A stretch of 63,703 bases of DNA, filler included, from Octopus bimaculoides (GCF_001194135.2; 7 parts of 6 records of this genome joined end to end with filler, not necessarily neighbours in it), one strand, 5' to 3'. Counted from the whole stretch's first letter, positions 25,076 to 38,760 are shown. Translations and numbers: made by a program. The notes: generated by a model not told the origin, from the sequence alone.

Positions 25076-26580
25076 ATGTATATATATATATGTATGTATG
25101 TATATGTATGTATATATATATGCATGCATATACATATATATATTATATATGTATATATAATATATATACACACGTATATACATTATATGTATATATATAT
25201 ATGTATAATATATATACATATCTATAAAATCAGTCAAAAACATATGCTATGTTTTTTTAATCAGTTCCTGCCGCACTCGGATACCCCTTCATATCTCCAA
25301 TTATTATCGATAGATTAAATATCAATCAGTTGATCTGCAATCGATTCAATCAAGTTTAACCCATCAACACTTGCACCGTACTAAGTGATCGTTATTTCAA
25401 AGGCCAGTGCACCTCGGTAGAGGCATAAATGCCAACACATCACATCTGCAATTAAGAAATCTCGCGTTTTAATTATCTCCTAAACAGCAAAGAGAATTTT
25501 TTGGTTAATTTCAATCTTGGAATTAGTTGTTAGAGGTATTGGTCGTAGTACTGTAGTTGTCGTGGTATTGGAGTTAGTTGTGTTGGTGGTAGTAGTAGTA
25601 GTAGTAGTAGTATTGGTGGTTGTTGTGTAGGTGGTAGTGGTGTTGGGCTGTTTAAGGGTGTTGAACGAAACACCCATGTTTCCAAAGGTGAATTATTCAA
25701 ACCCCAAAGAATTCCTCTCAACACATGGCTATGATGCTCCCCACTACTTCTGCTCGTGATCAGGGATGCACATATCGTCAGCCACCAAGGGACATGCTCA
25801 ACTGGTTAAGGTCAAACAACTGACAAGCAAATCTGTGGTATTGAGCAGAATATTTGCTGTAGCCCATCTTTTATTTGATATTATTAGTTGAGCTGATTGC
25901 AGTGTTGGTGGTAGTACTGGTGGTATAATGCTGCTGATGGTAGCGATGTCAGAGGTTGTTTTTGTTGTTGATAGTAGTGGTGGTTGTGGTATTGGCACAG
26001 GTGATAGTATCAATGGTAGCGTTAATAATGGACATGCAGTAGCAGCTGTGTTAGTGGGGGGTGGTATTGTTTTAGGTGGTTGTAGTAGTACCCTACTGGG
26101 GGTGTTGGCGTTGGTAGTGGTGGTAGTGATGGCAGAGGTGGTGGTGGTTGTGGTAGCGGTGGTGGTTGTAGTGGTGATGATAGTGGTAGTTGTTGGTATT
26201 GAGTGAAATATTTTATGGCGATACTTGACATTGTGATAAAAATTAAACCGGGTAAAATGGCGATAAAACGACGACGGCGATGATGATGATGGTGTGGATG
26301 ATGTTGATGATAACGATGATGATGATGATGATGGTGTGGATGATGATGATGATAACGATGGTGATGACGATGATGGCAACAATGATAACGACGACGATGT
26401 TGATGACGATGATGATGATGACGATAATGATGATGTCTATGACGACCATGATGATGATAATGATAGTAATGATGCTGACGACGACGATGACGATGACGAC
26501 GCTAATGGAATTGATGATGATGACGGTTACGGCGACGACGTCGACGTCGATAATGGCGATCGTGATGACAACGATGAAAA
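23685..26580. repeat. Cluster of compound tri- and dinucleotide microsatellites (CAC, CAT, ATT, TA, GTA, GTG, GAT)
   Basis: Directly visible. It is the source of the poly-D, poly-T, poly-V and poly-I pseudo-ORFs. Confidence 0.9.
25670..25875 (+). repeat. 3' portion of an interspersed repeat (SINE-like)
   Basis: acacatggctatgatgctccccc...gagcagaatatttgctgtagcccatcttt, recalled as an abundant octopus repeat. There is only one copy in this window, so it cannot be verified internally. Confidence 0.4.
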
Positions 26581-27109
26581 ATCATATTGTTTTATTATTA
26601 TATATTTCATTATAAACTCTCCCCCACCCGTCCATCCACCCCTGTACCCACTCCCCCTTTCCCTCCCTCTCCCTCTCTCACCCTCCACAGTTCACCCCCC
26701 CTCTTCTTGTCATTCTTTACATTTGTTATCACAAAATATGGAATGTCTTTGATCGGTTCAATATGTCCGCCGCCGATGTCTTTTTTCTTTTTGTTATTTA
26801 TGTTTTTAGTTTACTCCAAGAGTCAAACAGTGCAGTCATTCATTTGTTTGTTTTCTGCTTTTTGTTTTATTCATTTTATTGAATATTTTTATGTGATTCT
26901 CTTTCTTTAGCTGTTTTTATTTTATTTATTTATTTTTTTCTTGGGTGCCAGATAATCTAATAATAGCCAATATTTTTGTCTTTATTAAACAATACCAACT
27001 GCAACCATCAACCAAACCGATAGTAATATTAACAATGTTGATCAGAAGACTACTGTCTATTGCTGCTGCTGTTACTGCTGCTGCTACTACAACAATTACT
27101 ACTACTACC

Positions 27110-27406
27110 AGGAAACCCAAAATGGCGGAAATTCATAAGATAGTGCTCGTGGGAACTGCTCATATCCTACGAAAAATATTGTCTATGTAATATCAAATTT
27201 TAAAGCAAACTTATAACTTTCTTATGTTTTCTTAAACATTCTCTAGAACAATACTTTGGTGTAAATCCAAATATATGGCACCCTAGGCATAACGCCAACA
27301 TGAACTTCTAACTTGTTGTCTCTTGAGGTCTCTGGGTGAGACTTGGAGTCAACTTGTACAAATACAAAGCAACAGTCAAACATACAATAATAATAATAAT
27401 AATAAT
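27110..27406 (+). mobile_element. R4/Dong-like LINE 3' end with (AAT)7 tail
   Basis: GNPKMAEIHKIVLVGTAHILRKILSM*, comparable to LQKAALLGTAHVL at 2530. The 3' UTR motif GAGGTCTCTGGGTGAGACTTG resembles GAGGTCCTTGCTGTGACTTG in the 2434-2985 copy. (AAT)7 at 27386-27406. Confidence 0.8.
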
Positions 27407-28464
27407 TAGTTCTTCTTATATAGACATAAGGCCTGGAGTTCTTTCAGAGAAGGCTAGTCGATTATATCGACCACGATACACGTCTTTCACTCCCGAAGAG
27501 GATGAAAGATATATATATATATATATATATANNNNNNNNNNNNNNNNNNNNNNNNNNNNNNNNNNNNNNNNNNNNNNNNNNNNNNNNNNNNNNNNNNNNA
27601 TATATATATGTATATATATATATATATGTACGTACATATGTATGTATGTTTCTGTATATACGTATCCGCTTGACGACCGGTGTTGGTTTGTTTAAGCCCC
27701 GGCAAATTAGCGGTTCGGCAAAAGCGCCCGATTGAGTAACCAGGAGACTTTAAAAAAAGATAATTGTTCGATATTAGTGTCAATTTTCGTAGGGTAAACC
27801 ATTCAAGGTCCCAGCATGGCCGCAGTGCAAAGATTGAAACAACGTAAATATAAAGTTCACCAAAAGGTCACTTTACGTTTTTTATAAATAAATTTTACTT
27901 AAATACTTATAATTACATTATCATAATAAATGTAATTATGTTTCCATAATAAATGCAATTACATTCTTCCATATATTTAATCAAATTATCGTTAATGCAG
28001 CAGCTACATTTAATTCAATATTAACTTAGAATAAATATGTGTATATAAAGCTTCTCCGTTCGTAATGTGTTGCATTGACTTGTTGCAGCAGAAAGATGGA
28101 TATTGAAGCATTCTCAGTAATCGAGAAAGTATGGAAGACGTGAATGACAAATTGAGCAACAATTATTTTCATGACGTCCACAAGGTCTTTTTATGTTTGC
28201 ATATTACATTAGGAGTTCGCGTGTCTGTGTGGTTAAGAAGAGGCTCACTTTGCAGCCAAGTGTTTCTGGGTTCAGTCCCACAGCATGGCACATTGGGCTT
28301 GTCTCTCTTTTTACAACTGTAGTCCCTGTACGACTAAGGCCTTGTTGACGGAAACTTCGTAGAAGCACGTCGTGTGTTTGTGTGTGTCTTTTTTGTACAC
28401 ACACATATATATGAATATATATATATATACATATAAATATATATGTGTATATATATATTATATG

Positions 28465-28521
<57 letters not shown>

Positions 28522-31118
28522 GTGTGTATGNNNNNNNNNNNNNNNNNNNNNNNNNNNNNNNNNNNNNNNNNNNNNNNNNNNNNNNNNNNNNNNNNNNNNN
28601 NNNNNNNNNNNNNNNNNNNNNNNNNNNNNNNNNNNNNNNNNNNNNNNNNNNNNNNNNNNNNNNNNNNNNNNNNNNNNNNNNNNNNNNNNNNNNNNNNNNN
28701 NNNNNNNNNNNNNNNNNNNNNNNNNNNNNNNNNNNNNNNNNNNNNNNNNNNNNNNNNNNNNNNNNNNNNNNNNNNNNNNNNNNNNNNNNNNNNNNNNNNN
28801 NNNNNNNNNNNNNNNNNNNNNNNNNNNNNNNNNNNNNNNNNNNNNNNNNNNNNNNNNNNNNNNNNNNNNNNNNNNNNNNNNNNNNNNNNNNNNNNNNNNN
28901 NNNNNNNNNNNNNNNNNNNNNNNNNNNNNNNNNNNNNNNNNNNNNNNNNNNNNNNNNNNNNNNNNNNNNNNNNNNNNNNNNNNNNNNNNNNNNNNNNNNN
29001 NNNNNNNNNNNNNNNNNNNNNNNNNNNNNNNNNNNNNNNNNNNNNNNNNNNNNNNNNNNNNNNNNNNNNNNNNNNNNNNNNNNNNNNNNNNNNNNNNNNN
29101 NNNNNNNNNNNNNNNNNNNNNNNNNNNNNNNNNNNNNNNNNNNNNNNNNNNNNNNNNNNNNNNNNNNNNNNNNNNNNNNNNNNNNNNNNNNNNNNNNNNN
29201 NNNNNNNNNNNNNNNNNNNNNNNNNNNNNNNNNNNNNNNNNNNNNNNNNNNNNNNNNNNNNNNNNNNNNNNNNNNNNNNNNNNNNNNNNNNNNNNNNNNN
29301 NNNNNNNNNNNNNNNNNNNNNNNNNNNNNNNNNNNNNNNNNNNNNNNNNNNNNNNNNNNNNNNNNNNNNNNNNNNNNNNNNNNNNNNNNNNNNNNNNNNN
29401 NNNNNNNNNNNNNNNNNNNNNNNNNNNNNNNNNNNNNNNNNNNNNNNNNNNNNNNNNNNNNNNNNNNNNNNNNNNNNNNNNNNNNNNGAATAAATGGGAT
29501 AATAAAATGGCCGCAAACCGTTGAAATCGAAAACGGATCTCGGGATTTTGTGTTTAATCACGAAATAGGTCTTGTGACATTTAAATGAAAAAAAAAAAAA
29601 GTATGGCACCTCCTCGTTTTCTAGAGCGAACATAGTAACGTCATACAATAGCGGCAAAGACAACGACATGAAAAACGACAACAGCAACAAAAACGACAAC
29701 AACAACAGCAGCAGCAGCAGTAGCAGCAGCAACTACAAGAGCAAGTGTGCAGGTGTTTAGGTAAACGTGTTTGCGTGATTGATGCGGTCGAGTTTGTGGC
29801 TCGTATGCGGATTCATGTGTAGGACTTATCCATGTGTGTGCGTGTATGGCTGGCTGTATGCGCGCGTTCGTGCCTTCATGTATTTATGTGTTTGTGTGTA
29901 TCTATATTTATATATATATATATATGAAAACACATACATTCGTGAAGACAATGTACATACATGCATATCTATATATGTATGTGTACACATACATATACTG
30001 AAGTAAGCACATAAATGCAAAACAAGGTAGAAAGAATAGTACTCGAATACCTAAGGTAGAGGAACATGCTATTTTTGTGAAAATTTCGTAGCTTTAATGA
30101 AAGTATATATGTATAAGTATATATAATCTTAGGTACGCAGCAAATCAGATCTGAAATAAAATTCAAATATTACAAAACATAGACCACGTGGCTTAATGGT
30201 CAAGGTGTGGAGATTATAATCATGATGTTGTGAGTTCGATTCCTGGAGCGCGTGGTGCGTTCTGTCCTTAGGAAAAGCACATCGTTTCACACGTACTTGG
30301 TCTACTGAGTTGAAAAAGTACCAGCCGACTACTTCTACACGTTTTTCTTCATCCAGCAATTACATCCTTGATGCTCTGCTGGATCTAAGACGGGCAGATC
30401 GAGAGGAAGCATATGGACACTCGCAACTTCACTGGCATTTAAAATTACAAGCAAAAAGTGTGTGTGGCAGGGGTGGGTTAAATGTCACAAGTGCATACTT
30501 GTTTGTGAGTGACGGTTAAACTGTGTATATTTATTATGGTGAATCTACGAAGGATTGAATATTTCTGTGTCAGCATAAGATTGTAAGCAGATAAAAACCA
30601 AACAAAGAAACTAACTAGCATAGATAGAACAAATAAACAAAGGAAGAATAGTATGCAAAACCAAGACAAGCGAAAGTTGGCGCAAGAAAAGTGTGGAAAT
30701 ATAAAGAGAAAAAACAGCAAACAAAGAAGTGTATAATGAAGTTTAATATTCTAAAAGAAAGAACAGGAGACAATCTGAGATAATAGCATTTCGGAAAGGG
30801 TGCTTTTTCACAAAGTAGAAAAAAGAAGAATAAAGACCAGAGGAAAGCGGAAAAGATGTAAAAAACGAAAAAATTCAAGCTTGGGAAGCTACGTTTATGT
30901 TTGATAACTATACACGCGCACAGACACACACAAACACACACACACATCTGTCTATTTACATAAATATATACATGTACATATGTGTATATATGTATGTGTG
31001 TTTATATATATGTATGTACATAGATGTGTATATCTAAATATGTGTATAAATAGTGCACAATAGTTTAAGATATACTGAAACAAGTAAAAGACAGATAAAA
31101 GATATGTGTGTGTTTGTG

Positions 31119-31164
<46 letters not shown>

Positions 31165-31949
31165 NNNNNNNNNNNNNNNNNNNNNNNNNNNNNNNNNNNN
31201 NNNNNNNNNNNNNNNNNNNNNNNNNNNNNNNNNNNNNNNNNNNNNNNNNNNNNNNNNNNNNNNNNNNNNNNNNNNNNNNNNNNNNNNNNNNNNNNNNNNN
31301 NNNNNNNNNNNNNNNNNNNNNNNNNNNNNNNNNNNNNNNNNNNNNNNNNNNNNNNNNNNNNNNNNNNNNNNNNNNNNNNNNNNNNNNNNNNNNNNNNNNN
31401 NNNNNNNNNNNNNNNNNNNNNNNNNNNNNNNNNNNNNNNNNNNNNNNNNNNNNNNNNNNNNNNNNNNNNNNNNNNNNNNNNNNNNNNNNNNNNNNNNNNN
31501 NNNNNNNNNNNNNNNNNNNNNNNNNNNNNNNNNNNNNNNNNNNNNNNNNNNNNNNNNNNNNNNNNNNNNNNNNNNNNNNNNNNNNNNNNNNNNNNNNNNN
31601 NNNNNNNNNNNNNNNNNNNNNNNNNNNNNNNNNNNNNNNNNNNNNNNNNNNNNNNNNNNNNNNNNNNNNNNNNNNNNNNNNNNNNNNNNNNNNNNNNNNN
31701 NNNNNNNNNNNNNNNNNNNNNNNNNNNNNNNNNNNNNNNNNNNNNNNNNNNNNNNNNNNNNNNNNNNNNNNNNNNNNNNNNNNNNNNNNNNNNNNNNNNN
31801 NNNNNNNNNNNNNNNNNNNNNNNNNNNNNNNNNNNNNNNNNNNNNNNNNNNNNNNNNNNNNNNNNNNNNNNNNNNNNNNNNNNNNNNNNNNNNNNNNNNN
31901 NNNNNNNNNNNNNNNNNNNNNNNNNNNNNNNNNNNNNNNNNNNNNNNNN

Positions 31950-31980
<31 letters not shown>

Positions 31981-32116
31981 TGTTCATACATATATACGTG
32001 TATGTGTGCATGTATGTATATATATTTATATACACAGGCATTTCTTATATACACATACATAGATGCATGTGTGTGTGTGTATATAAATGTACATACATAC
32101 ATACACACACATGCAT

Positions 32117-32506
32117 ATTCTTTTATCGTTTCCTGCTTTCAGTCATCAGACTGTGGTCATGCTGGGGCAGTGCCTTGAATTATTTAGCCGAATGAATCAG
32201 CCCCAGGACTTATATCTTAAGCCTGGTGCGTGCTCTGTTTTGGCGAACTGCTAAGTTACGGAAACACACACACCAACACCGCTTGTCAAGCAGTGGTAAG
32301 GGGACAAACACAGACACAAGGAGAGACACGCATAGATATAAATAGATCTATATATACATATACGACAGGCTTCTTTCAGTTTCCGTCTACCAAATCACAT
32401 ACCCGAGGCTATGGTGGAAAACACTCGCTCAAGGTGCCACGTAGTGGGATTGAACCCGGAACTTATGTAGTTGAGAAGTAAGCTTCTTACCACACAGCCG
32501 CGCCTA
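32117..32506 (-). mobile_element. SINE group A copy
   Basis: Same head, body and tail as 11643-12136. Confidence 0.8.
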
Positions 32507-32635
32507 CGCTCACACACACACACATGTACGCACACACATGTACACACACGCGAACACAGACACATACGTATATATATATATATATACATGTATACACACA
32601 GATATACATGTATGCATATATATTCATATATATTT

Positions 32636-32698
<63 letters not shown>

Positions 32699-33174
32699 NN
32701 NNNNNNNNNNNNNNNNNNNNNNNNNNNNNNNNNNNNNNNNNNTTAATTAATTAANNNNNNNNNNNNNNNNNNNNNNNNNNNNNNNNNNNNNNNNNNNNTA
32801 TATATATATATATATATATTATAATTTGTTTATGTTTATTTTATTATAAATGCAAAACAACACCAAGAAGGAATCGACGTAAACTTAAATAATAAACCGC
32901 GATAGGTGAACCGCGATATGGCGAAGGATTTCTGTAATATATTCATTACATCAGAAAGAAATGTTGATTATTGTCTTTTGTACAGACGTTTCTTCCGGCT
33001 AATTGTCAGGTAATGATTTCAAAGAATTTAAGTGTATTGTAGCAAATGTGAAAGAGAATTAGATTAGCAAATAAGATACAAATGGATAGAAGACAGAGTG
33101 GCATATTCTGGAAGTAATATTTAAAAGTCATTAGAATGGATTTCTGAATTATTATGCTTATTATTAACATTGAT

Positions 33175-33372
33175 TTCAAATTTTGGCACAAGCCAGCAAT
33201 TTTGGGGGAGGGAGTCGACTCCAACGTTCAACTCGTACTTATTTTATCGACCCCGAGAGGATGAAAGGCAAAGTCAATATCGGCGGAATTTGAACTTAGA
33301 ATATGGAGACAGACGAAATGATGTTAAGCATTTTCCCCCGGCGTGCTAACGATTCTGTCAGCTCGCCGACTT
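33175..33372 (-). mobile_element. SINE group C copy (near full length)
   Basis: Minus-strand head GGCGAGCTGACAGAATCGTTAGCACGCCGG, B-box, and 3' end ccaaaatttgaaatc. Confidence 0.85.
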
Positions 33373-33738
33373 AGATATATTATTAATATTAGAAATCTAA
33401 CTAGATATCACAGGGAACATTTTTCAAACATTCCGTTGTCAGATAAATTCATTCATTTTCTTTCTTTTTTTTTCTCTCGTTACTTTTTCAAAGTTATTCG
33501 AATTAACACGAAAAATAATTTTATTAAATAGTTTTATTTATTATATTCATTTATTTATTATTTATCTACAACTTCTGTTTAGCGTTTTATAAATTTAACA
33601 CGAACGAATTTAGCTGACAGACAAATATTTCAACTTCCACTGGTGGGAAGCTATGTAAGGGAGGTAACTCATGCGATAGATTTACAGGATTTGCAGGATT
33701 TGGTACACAACGTTGCTGAAAAGTTTACAGAAAATGTA

Positions 33739-33744
33739 TTTATT
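33739..33744 (-). terminator. Candidate polyadenylation signal AATAAA of the EF-hand gene
   Basis: tttatt on the plus strand, about 190 nt downstream of the stop codon. In AT-rich DNA this hexamer also occurs by chance. Confidence 0.45.
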
Positions 33745-33936
33745 AAATGTTACAAGCATATTATTATGGTTGAATCAAGAGTAAATCATAAATAATGATA
33801 CAAAACATAAGAAATTGTAGAGATGTGTTTGTTTAATTAACAGTTTTTAAAATTCATAACCGAGAAATGTAATAAAATAGTGACGCCGTGTAGATGCTCG
33901 TAGTGAACTCCAGTCACTGTTTCCGTAAAACAGTTA

Positions 33937-34138
33937 TTATTGATTTACATACAGCTCCAGAAACTTCTCATAGTCAATTTTCTCTGCAGTTTGGCACTGG
34001 TGTATGAGTATTTTACTGATCTTTTCTGTGTCGACATCCAAAGAAATATCCTGGATAGCTTTGTTTAATTCTTTCATCGTGAGAAAACCACTAGAATCTT
34101 TATCGATGGCATTGAACATCTTACGCATACCCATTTCT
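33937..34138 (-). CDS. Terminal coding exon of the same EF-hand gene (A + EMGMRKMFNAIDKDSSGFLTMKELNKAIQDISLDVDTEKISKILIHQCQTAEKIDYEKFLELYVNQ*)
   Basis: Acceptor ttcttcttacAG at 34140-34139. The first base A completes AA|A (Lys) from the upstream exon. Canonical EF loop DKDSSGFLTMKE, then a degenerate last EF-hand (KIDYEKFLELY) and TAA. The 5' part of track ORF 33937..34386 is intronic microsatellite read-through. Confidence 0.92.
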
Positions 34139-34350
34139 CTGTAAGAAGAAAAAGAAGAGAAAGACAATTGCAGAAATTCTTTGATGGAAATGAAAATCAA
34201 TATATTCGTACACACACGCATGCATGCATACATACATACATACAGACAGACAGACACGTGTATACACATGTATATAAACACGTACACACACACGTGTACA
34301 CACATACGTGCACACACACGCGCGCATGCACACGCACCACATACACACAA

Positions 34351-34382
<32 letters not shown>

Positions 34383-34818
34383 GCAACAGAATCGATATTA
34401 GATTAAAGCAGCCGTCTGTACATCATACTTAATGTAAATGCATCGCGAAAAAATAAATTTACTGTAGTATTCGTCTGGAGATAATATCTCTTATGGACGT
34501 GGTGTGTTTAAAAACACAATATATAACGGAAGCAGACGAATATTGTCCAGCAACACTTGGTAAGTATGTAGATGCACATTTCTGCCTCTCTGGCTGTTGT
34601 CAGTAGCATGTATTCATAACCAACTTCATGCTAAGACGCCATCTGTCGCTTTTGATATATGAAAACAGTGAATGAGCAATAGCTGGTGTTGCAAATAGCC
34701 GCTCGGCTGAATAAAAATCCGTTATACGCAACAAAGGTGCATATAATAGTCATCTCGGAGAAGATATACGCGGTTTCCATCTCCGTTCAGCGTCACAGAA
34801 GCTATTACACAAATGTGA

Positions 34819-35050
34819 AGAGGCGTGTGGCTTAGTGGTTAGGATTGTTGGCCTCATAATCGTAATATTGTGGTTTCAGTTCCTGGACAGGGCGACGCGT
34901 TGTGTTCTTGAGCAAAACATTTCTTTTCTCGTTGCTCCAGTTCACTCAGCTGACAAAAGGAAGTAATCTTGCGACGGACTGGCGTCTTGTCCAGGTGGGA
35001 AATATATACGCTACGGAAACCTGGAAACCGGACCTATGAGTCTATATGAC
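34819..35050 (+). mobile_element. SINE group B (tail type 2)
   Basis: gaggcgtgtggcttagtggttagg...cgttgctccagttcactcagctg, then tgcgacggactggcgtcttgtccagg. The same tail occurs at 45420-45665 on the minus strand. Confidence 0.8.
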
Positions 35051-35167
35051 TTGTGTAGGATCTATTGAGCGAATATGCTAGCCTAATTTACGACTACTTG
35101 AATGTGTTAACCTAATTTATAAGAACTTAGGAATCTAAGATTTTGGTTAGGAAAGGAAACTGGGTAC

Positions 35168-35217
35168 GTCTTCTCTGAGGAGCGGTCAATAAATCTGAAA
35201 CGGTCCGTCCTGAGACT
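35168..35217 (+). ncRNA. Candidate degenerate minimal type I hammerhead ribozyme (Penelope-like)
   Basis: CTGAGGA (35175-35181)...GAAA (35197-35200), helix III ACGG-T-CCGT, cleavage-site C at 35209. Helix I is partial (GTCTT with GAGAC) and helix II is weak. Confidence 0.35.
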
Positions 35218-36282
35218 CCCCACTCTTTTTTTTTTTTCCGCACATCAAAAGCATCATCCGTAGTTAGATTTTGTAATTTTTTTTCCTTTTATCTTTTACT
35301 TGTTTTAATCATTGGACTGCAGCTATATCAAGGCGCGGCCAAGAAAGCTTTAGTCGAACAAATCAACCCAGTTCTTATTTTTTAAGTGCTGAACCGCTAA
35401 GTGGTAATGCAAACAAACCAACACCGGCTGTCAGTCGTTTGAAGGAGCAAATACAAAAACACACGTTTCCACACACACACACACACGCATATATGACGGG
35501 TTTTCGCACAATTTCCGTCAACCAAATACACTAATGAGATTTGATGGGCAGTGGCACGTAGTTGCAAAATGAGCTCCTTTACTACACAGCGATGCCTGCG
35601 CCAGTTTATTTTATTTCTTCTGATGCATGCGTGTTATAATATATAAAATACATATTGCTTCGTCAATGACAAACTATCGAAAAATACAAATATGCAAATT
35701 AGGCTATCCACTAATGTACTTGCCGAATTGATAATTGCGTTCTATGGAAGTTTAAGATATTTTTGCTGATAGTTGGGGAAGGAAAGTATGTACGCCTTCC
35801 TTAGAAAGAAATCAGCAAATTGTGAAACAGTCAAACAGGAGACTCACCGTCCTCATTATCTCCACATCAGAAGCATAGAAATGTGTTTACATTTTTCTTA
35901 TTTCATCCAATGCTAGGCTTCTTTTTAATAATAAAATATTTGATAGTTCNNNNNNNNNNNNNNNNNNNNNNNNNNNNNNNNNNNNNNNNNNNNNNNNNNN
36001 NNNNNNNNNNNNNNNNNNNNNNNNNNNNNNNNNNNNNNNNNNNNNNNNNNNNNNNNNNNNNNNNNNNNNNNNNNNNNNNNNNNNNNNNNNNNNNNNNNNN
36101 NNNNNNNNNNNNNNNNNNNNNNNNNNNNNNNNNNNNNNNNNNNNNNNNNNNNNNNNNNNNNNNNNNNNNNNNNNNNNNNNNNNNNNNNNNNNNNNNNNNN
36201 NNNNNNNNNNNNNNNNNNNNNNNNNNNNNNNNNNNNNNNNNNNNNNNNNNNNNNNNNNNNNNNNNNNNNNNNNNNACACACG

Positions 36283-36403
36283 AACAAAATTACCCTGTTG
36301 TTGATGTTGAAATTCCAATAAAGGAGCCTTGGATCTAGGTTAGAAACCAGCTCTTTCTCTATTGGCAAGAAATCTTGAAATAAAACTGAACAATGACATA
36401 CAT
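36283..36403 (+). mobile_element. About 120-bp short repeat ('element D') ending in AATAAA...ACATACAT
   Basis: Closely similar copies lie on the minus strand at 42943-43062 and 44266-44382. Confidence 0.8.
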
Positions 36404-36409
36404 GAGCTG

Positions 36410-36742
36410 AGACCCCCTTCGGTCATGACTGACCATGGGATTGCACCTAGAAAGTTACCGTCTCAGGCACAAGTCCGGGCAAGGTTGTTTATGGAAGACC
36501 AGCAGTCGCCCATGCATACGAGCCACCCTTCTCCACGCCACCAGTGTTATCCAAGGGAAAGACAAAGGCCGATACAGCTTGGCACCAGTGACATCGCAAC
36601 TCATTTCTACAGCTGAGTGAACTGGAGCAACGTGAAATTAAGTGTCTTGCCCAAGAACACAACACGCAGCCCGGTTCGGGATTCGAACTCACAACCTCAC
36701 GATCGTAAGCTCGCCGCTCTATCCACTGAGCCATGCGACTTC
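36410..36742 (-). mobile_element. SINE group B (tail type 3)
   Basis: Minus-strand head GCATGGCTCAGTGG...GTGAGTTCGAATCC, core CACGTTGCTCCAGTTCACTCAGCTG, and a different 3' body. Confidence 0.8.
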
Positions 36743-36839
36743 ACACATACATACATACACACATACACACATATATGCATACATACATACATACATACAT
36801 ACATACATACATACATACATACATACATACATAAGTTCG

Positions 36840-37270
36840 TACGAGGTGCATTCTCAAAACTTTGAGACTTTCTTAGAAGCAGTTATGACTGTCCTAAACT
36901 ATTATAATTTTAATATACAATTACTATACATCTAATAAGCTGATCTGCCGATTTTTTTTTTATTCCAGATTGAAGGATCCGACTATAACAGCACTTTGAA
37001 CATACCCCCTCTAAGTACTGCTTCACAGCTGACTAGTTTGCAAAATGCAGTCGAACCGCGAAGACAATTTGAAAACTCGCTATGTAATAAAGTTTTGTGT
37101 TGAAATGGGCGAAAGCGAAAACATGGTGATCCCATTTTTTGCCAGCAAGGGCATCATCTACAGGCATTGGGTTCTCTTTTCTTCTGACCGACTAGCAAGA
37201 AGTTGGCCGACATTACGACAATCGCTATTTATCCACGAAAACCACAGCTATATTTTTCTGTAAGGCTCCA
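36840..37270 (+). mobile_element. Internally deleted mariner-like element, 5' part
   Basis: TIR-like start TACGAGGTGCATTCTCAAAACTTTGAGACT. Track ORF 37045..37263 joins RYVIKFCVEMGES (mariner N-terminus) to MVIPFFASKGIIYRHWV (similar to MLIVFFDxxGI) and LFIHEN. Confidence 0.7.
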
Positions 37271-38499
37271 AGTGAAGCTTCTGAGACTAACAAACACAGC
37301 AAAATAAAATGATTTAACTGGCTGAAAAATTGTCGTTCACATAACGTTCCTAAGTGTTCGCTGCTACGTTCGTGTGAACAAAGCCGTACCACAAGTGAAA
37401 TTAGAAAACCAAGATGCTGGCGCTCTCAGCAAAGATTCAATATAAAATCTGTCAAAAGGTCGTGAAATTACTCCGTGTAACAGCCATCACTAATTATGTG
37501 ATATCATTGCCAGAATCATATCGTGGCTGCTGTTAAGGAGAGATGCTGGATTGCTACAGTTGGCATGACACTCATTCTTCTGACACAGCTTCACATTTAC
37601 TTCAACGGTGCATCAGTAATCAAGGTTTCTGGTTCTAAACTTAGAATAATAAACATAAGGCAGCAGCTATAAAATCTTATGTCGCCCTTCTTATCAGCAA
37701 TCTGAAGATTACAGATCTTTTCAACAATATAAACAATCTGAACACATACACAGAAGCCAAGTCTCTGTCTCTTGGTCTCTGGGATTGAGTTATTCGACTA
37801 AACTATTCAAGGCAGTGTCCCAGTATGGCCACGCAAGTAAAGCATAGAAAACAATAAACAACAAAGAATAATATCAAACACCTTGCATGACATGGCGGAC
37901 TGACAATTTTTAGTTCCCATCGTTGTCGTTGGGTGTCGTCGTAGGTCGACATTGACTGTTTTTGTTCAGTAATCATCTCTGGCAGGCTCAGATGTGGGCT
38001 ACATGGCCTGCACTTTATCTGTAGCAGCGATGATATCTGCTGCAGATGAAGCTCCTTGACGCAATACGGAAATGATGCTATAGGCGCAGTTACCTCCTCT
38101 GACGGTAGCTGTCTAAATAGCTCACCACTAGGTGGCACAGCATGTAACTCTGAGGTTCCGGCACTTAGTCCTTCCTCTTTGTCATCGCGACAGCAGCGTG
38201 CGAGGACATGACCTCATTAGCTCTTGCATAAGGCACGCAACAGCTTATAGACGTTGAGCAGTTATGACGTAGGATACACAGAAGCTGAACATGGCCTTTC
38301 ACTTGTAGATACCTTTCATGATTCATTCAATTTGTATATATTTGTCACCTGGAGTAAAGGGCATTTAAAAGCTACAGCTTTCTGAACGGAGTCGTTATTT
38401 GATGGTTTCACTACATGAGACCACGACCATCTAAAATACCTCCCATATACTCTTTCGTATTCTCTGTTGTTTCTCTTCAATGGATGGAATTACAAGCTT

Positions 38500-38760
38500 C
38501 AGCGATTGGTGCCATTCACCATCCACAGGGCCATTTCTTCTCAGGTTTCTGAGAAGATACCAGAGTTCATTATCTGTCTCTTCAGCACATCTCTGTATCG
38601 CAACTTCTAGCCACCACGGTTCCTCTTATCCTGACGCAGTTCAGCGCAGAAAACTGTCTTTGAGAGCCTGCCGCCCTCTATCCTACAAACATGTTCCGCC
38701 CAGCGTAGCTGCGATGAGGTAATGGCGTCCTCAGTGTTAACTGCGCAGGACCTAAAAGAC
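38500..38760 (-). mobile_element. RTE/BovB-like LINE C-terminal fragment
   Basis: Minus strand reads EDAITSSQLRWAEHVCRIEGGRLSKTVFCAELRQDKRNRGG*KLRYRDVLKRQIMNSGIFSET*EEMAL, the QLRWAGHV.RM...RLPK.VF.SEL..GKR.RGGQKLRYKD motif. Decayed 3' sequence probably extends towards 38150. Confidence 0.88.

Noticed and set aside
26294-26752. Poly-Asp ORF and the overlapping poly-Met/Thr, poly-Ile and poly-Val ORFs (also at 13361, 23624, 25798, 55315, 56747)
   Set aside because: These are translations of GAT/CAT/CAA trinucleotide microsatellites, open in several frames on both strands, with no splice or domain support.
32120-32160. Minus-strand CTGATGA-CTG-AAAG-CAG-GAAAC, as a hammerhead
   Set aside because: There is no partner strand for helix III or helix I. 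It is a mutated SINE A tail, and the motif is absent from the other copies.
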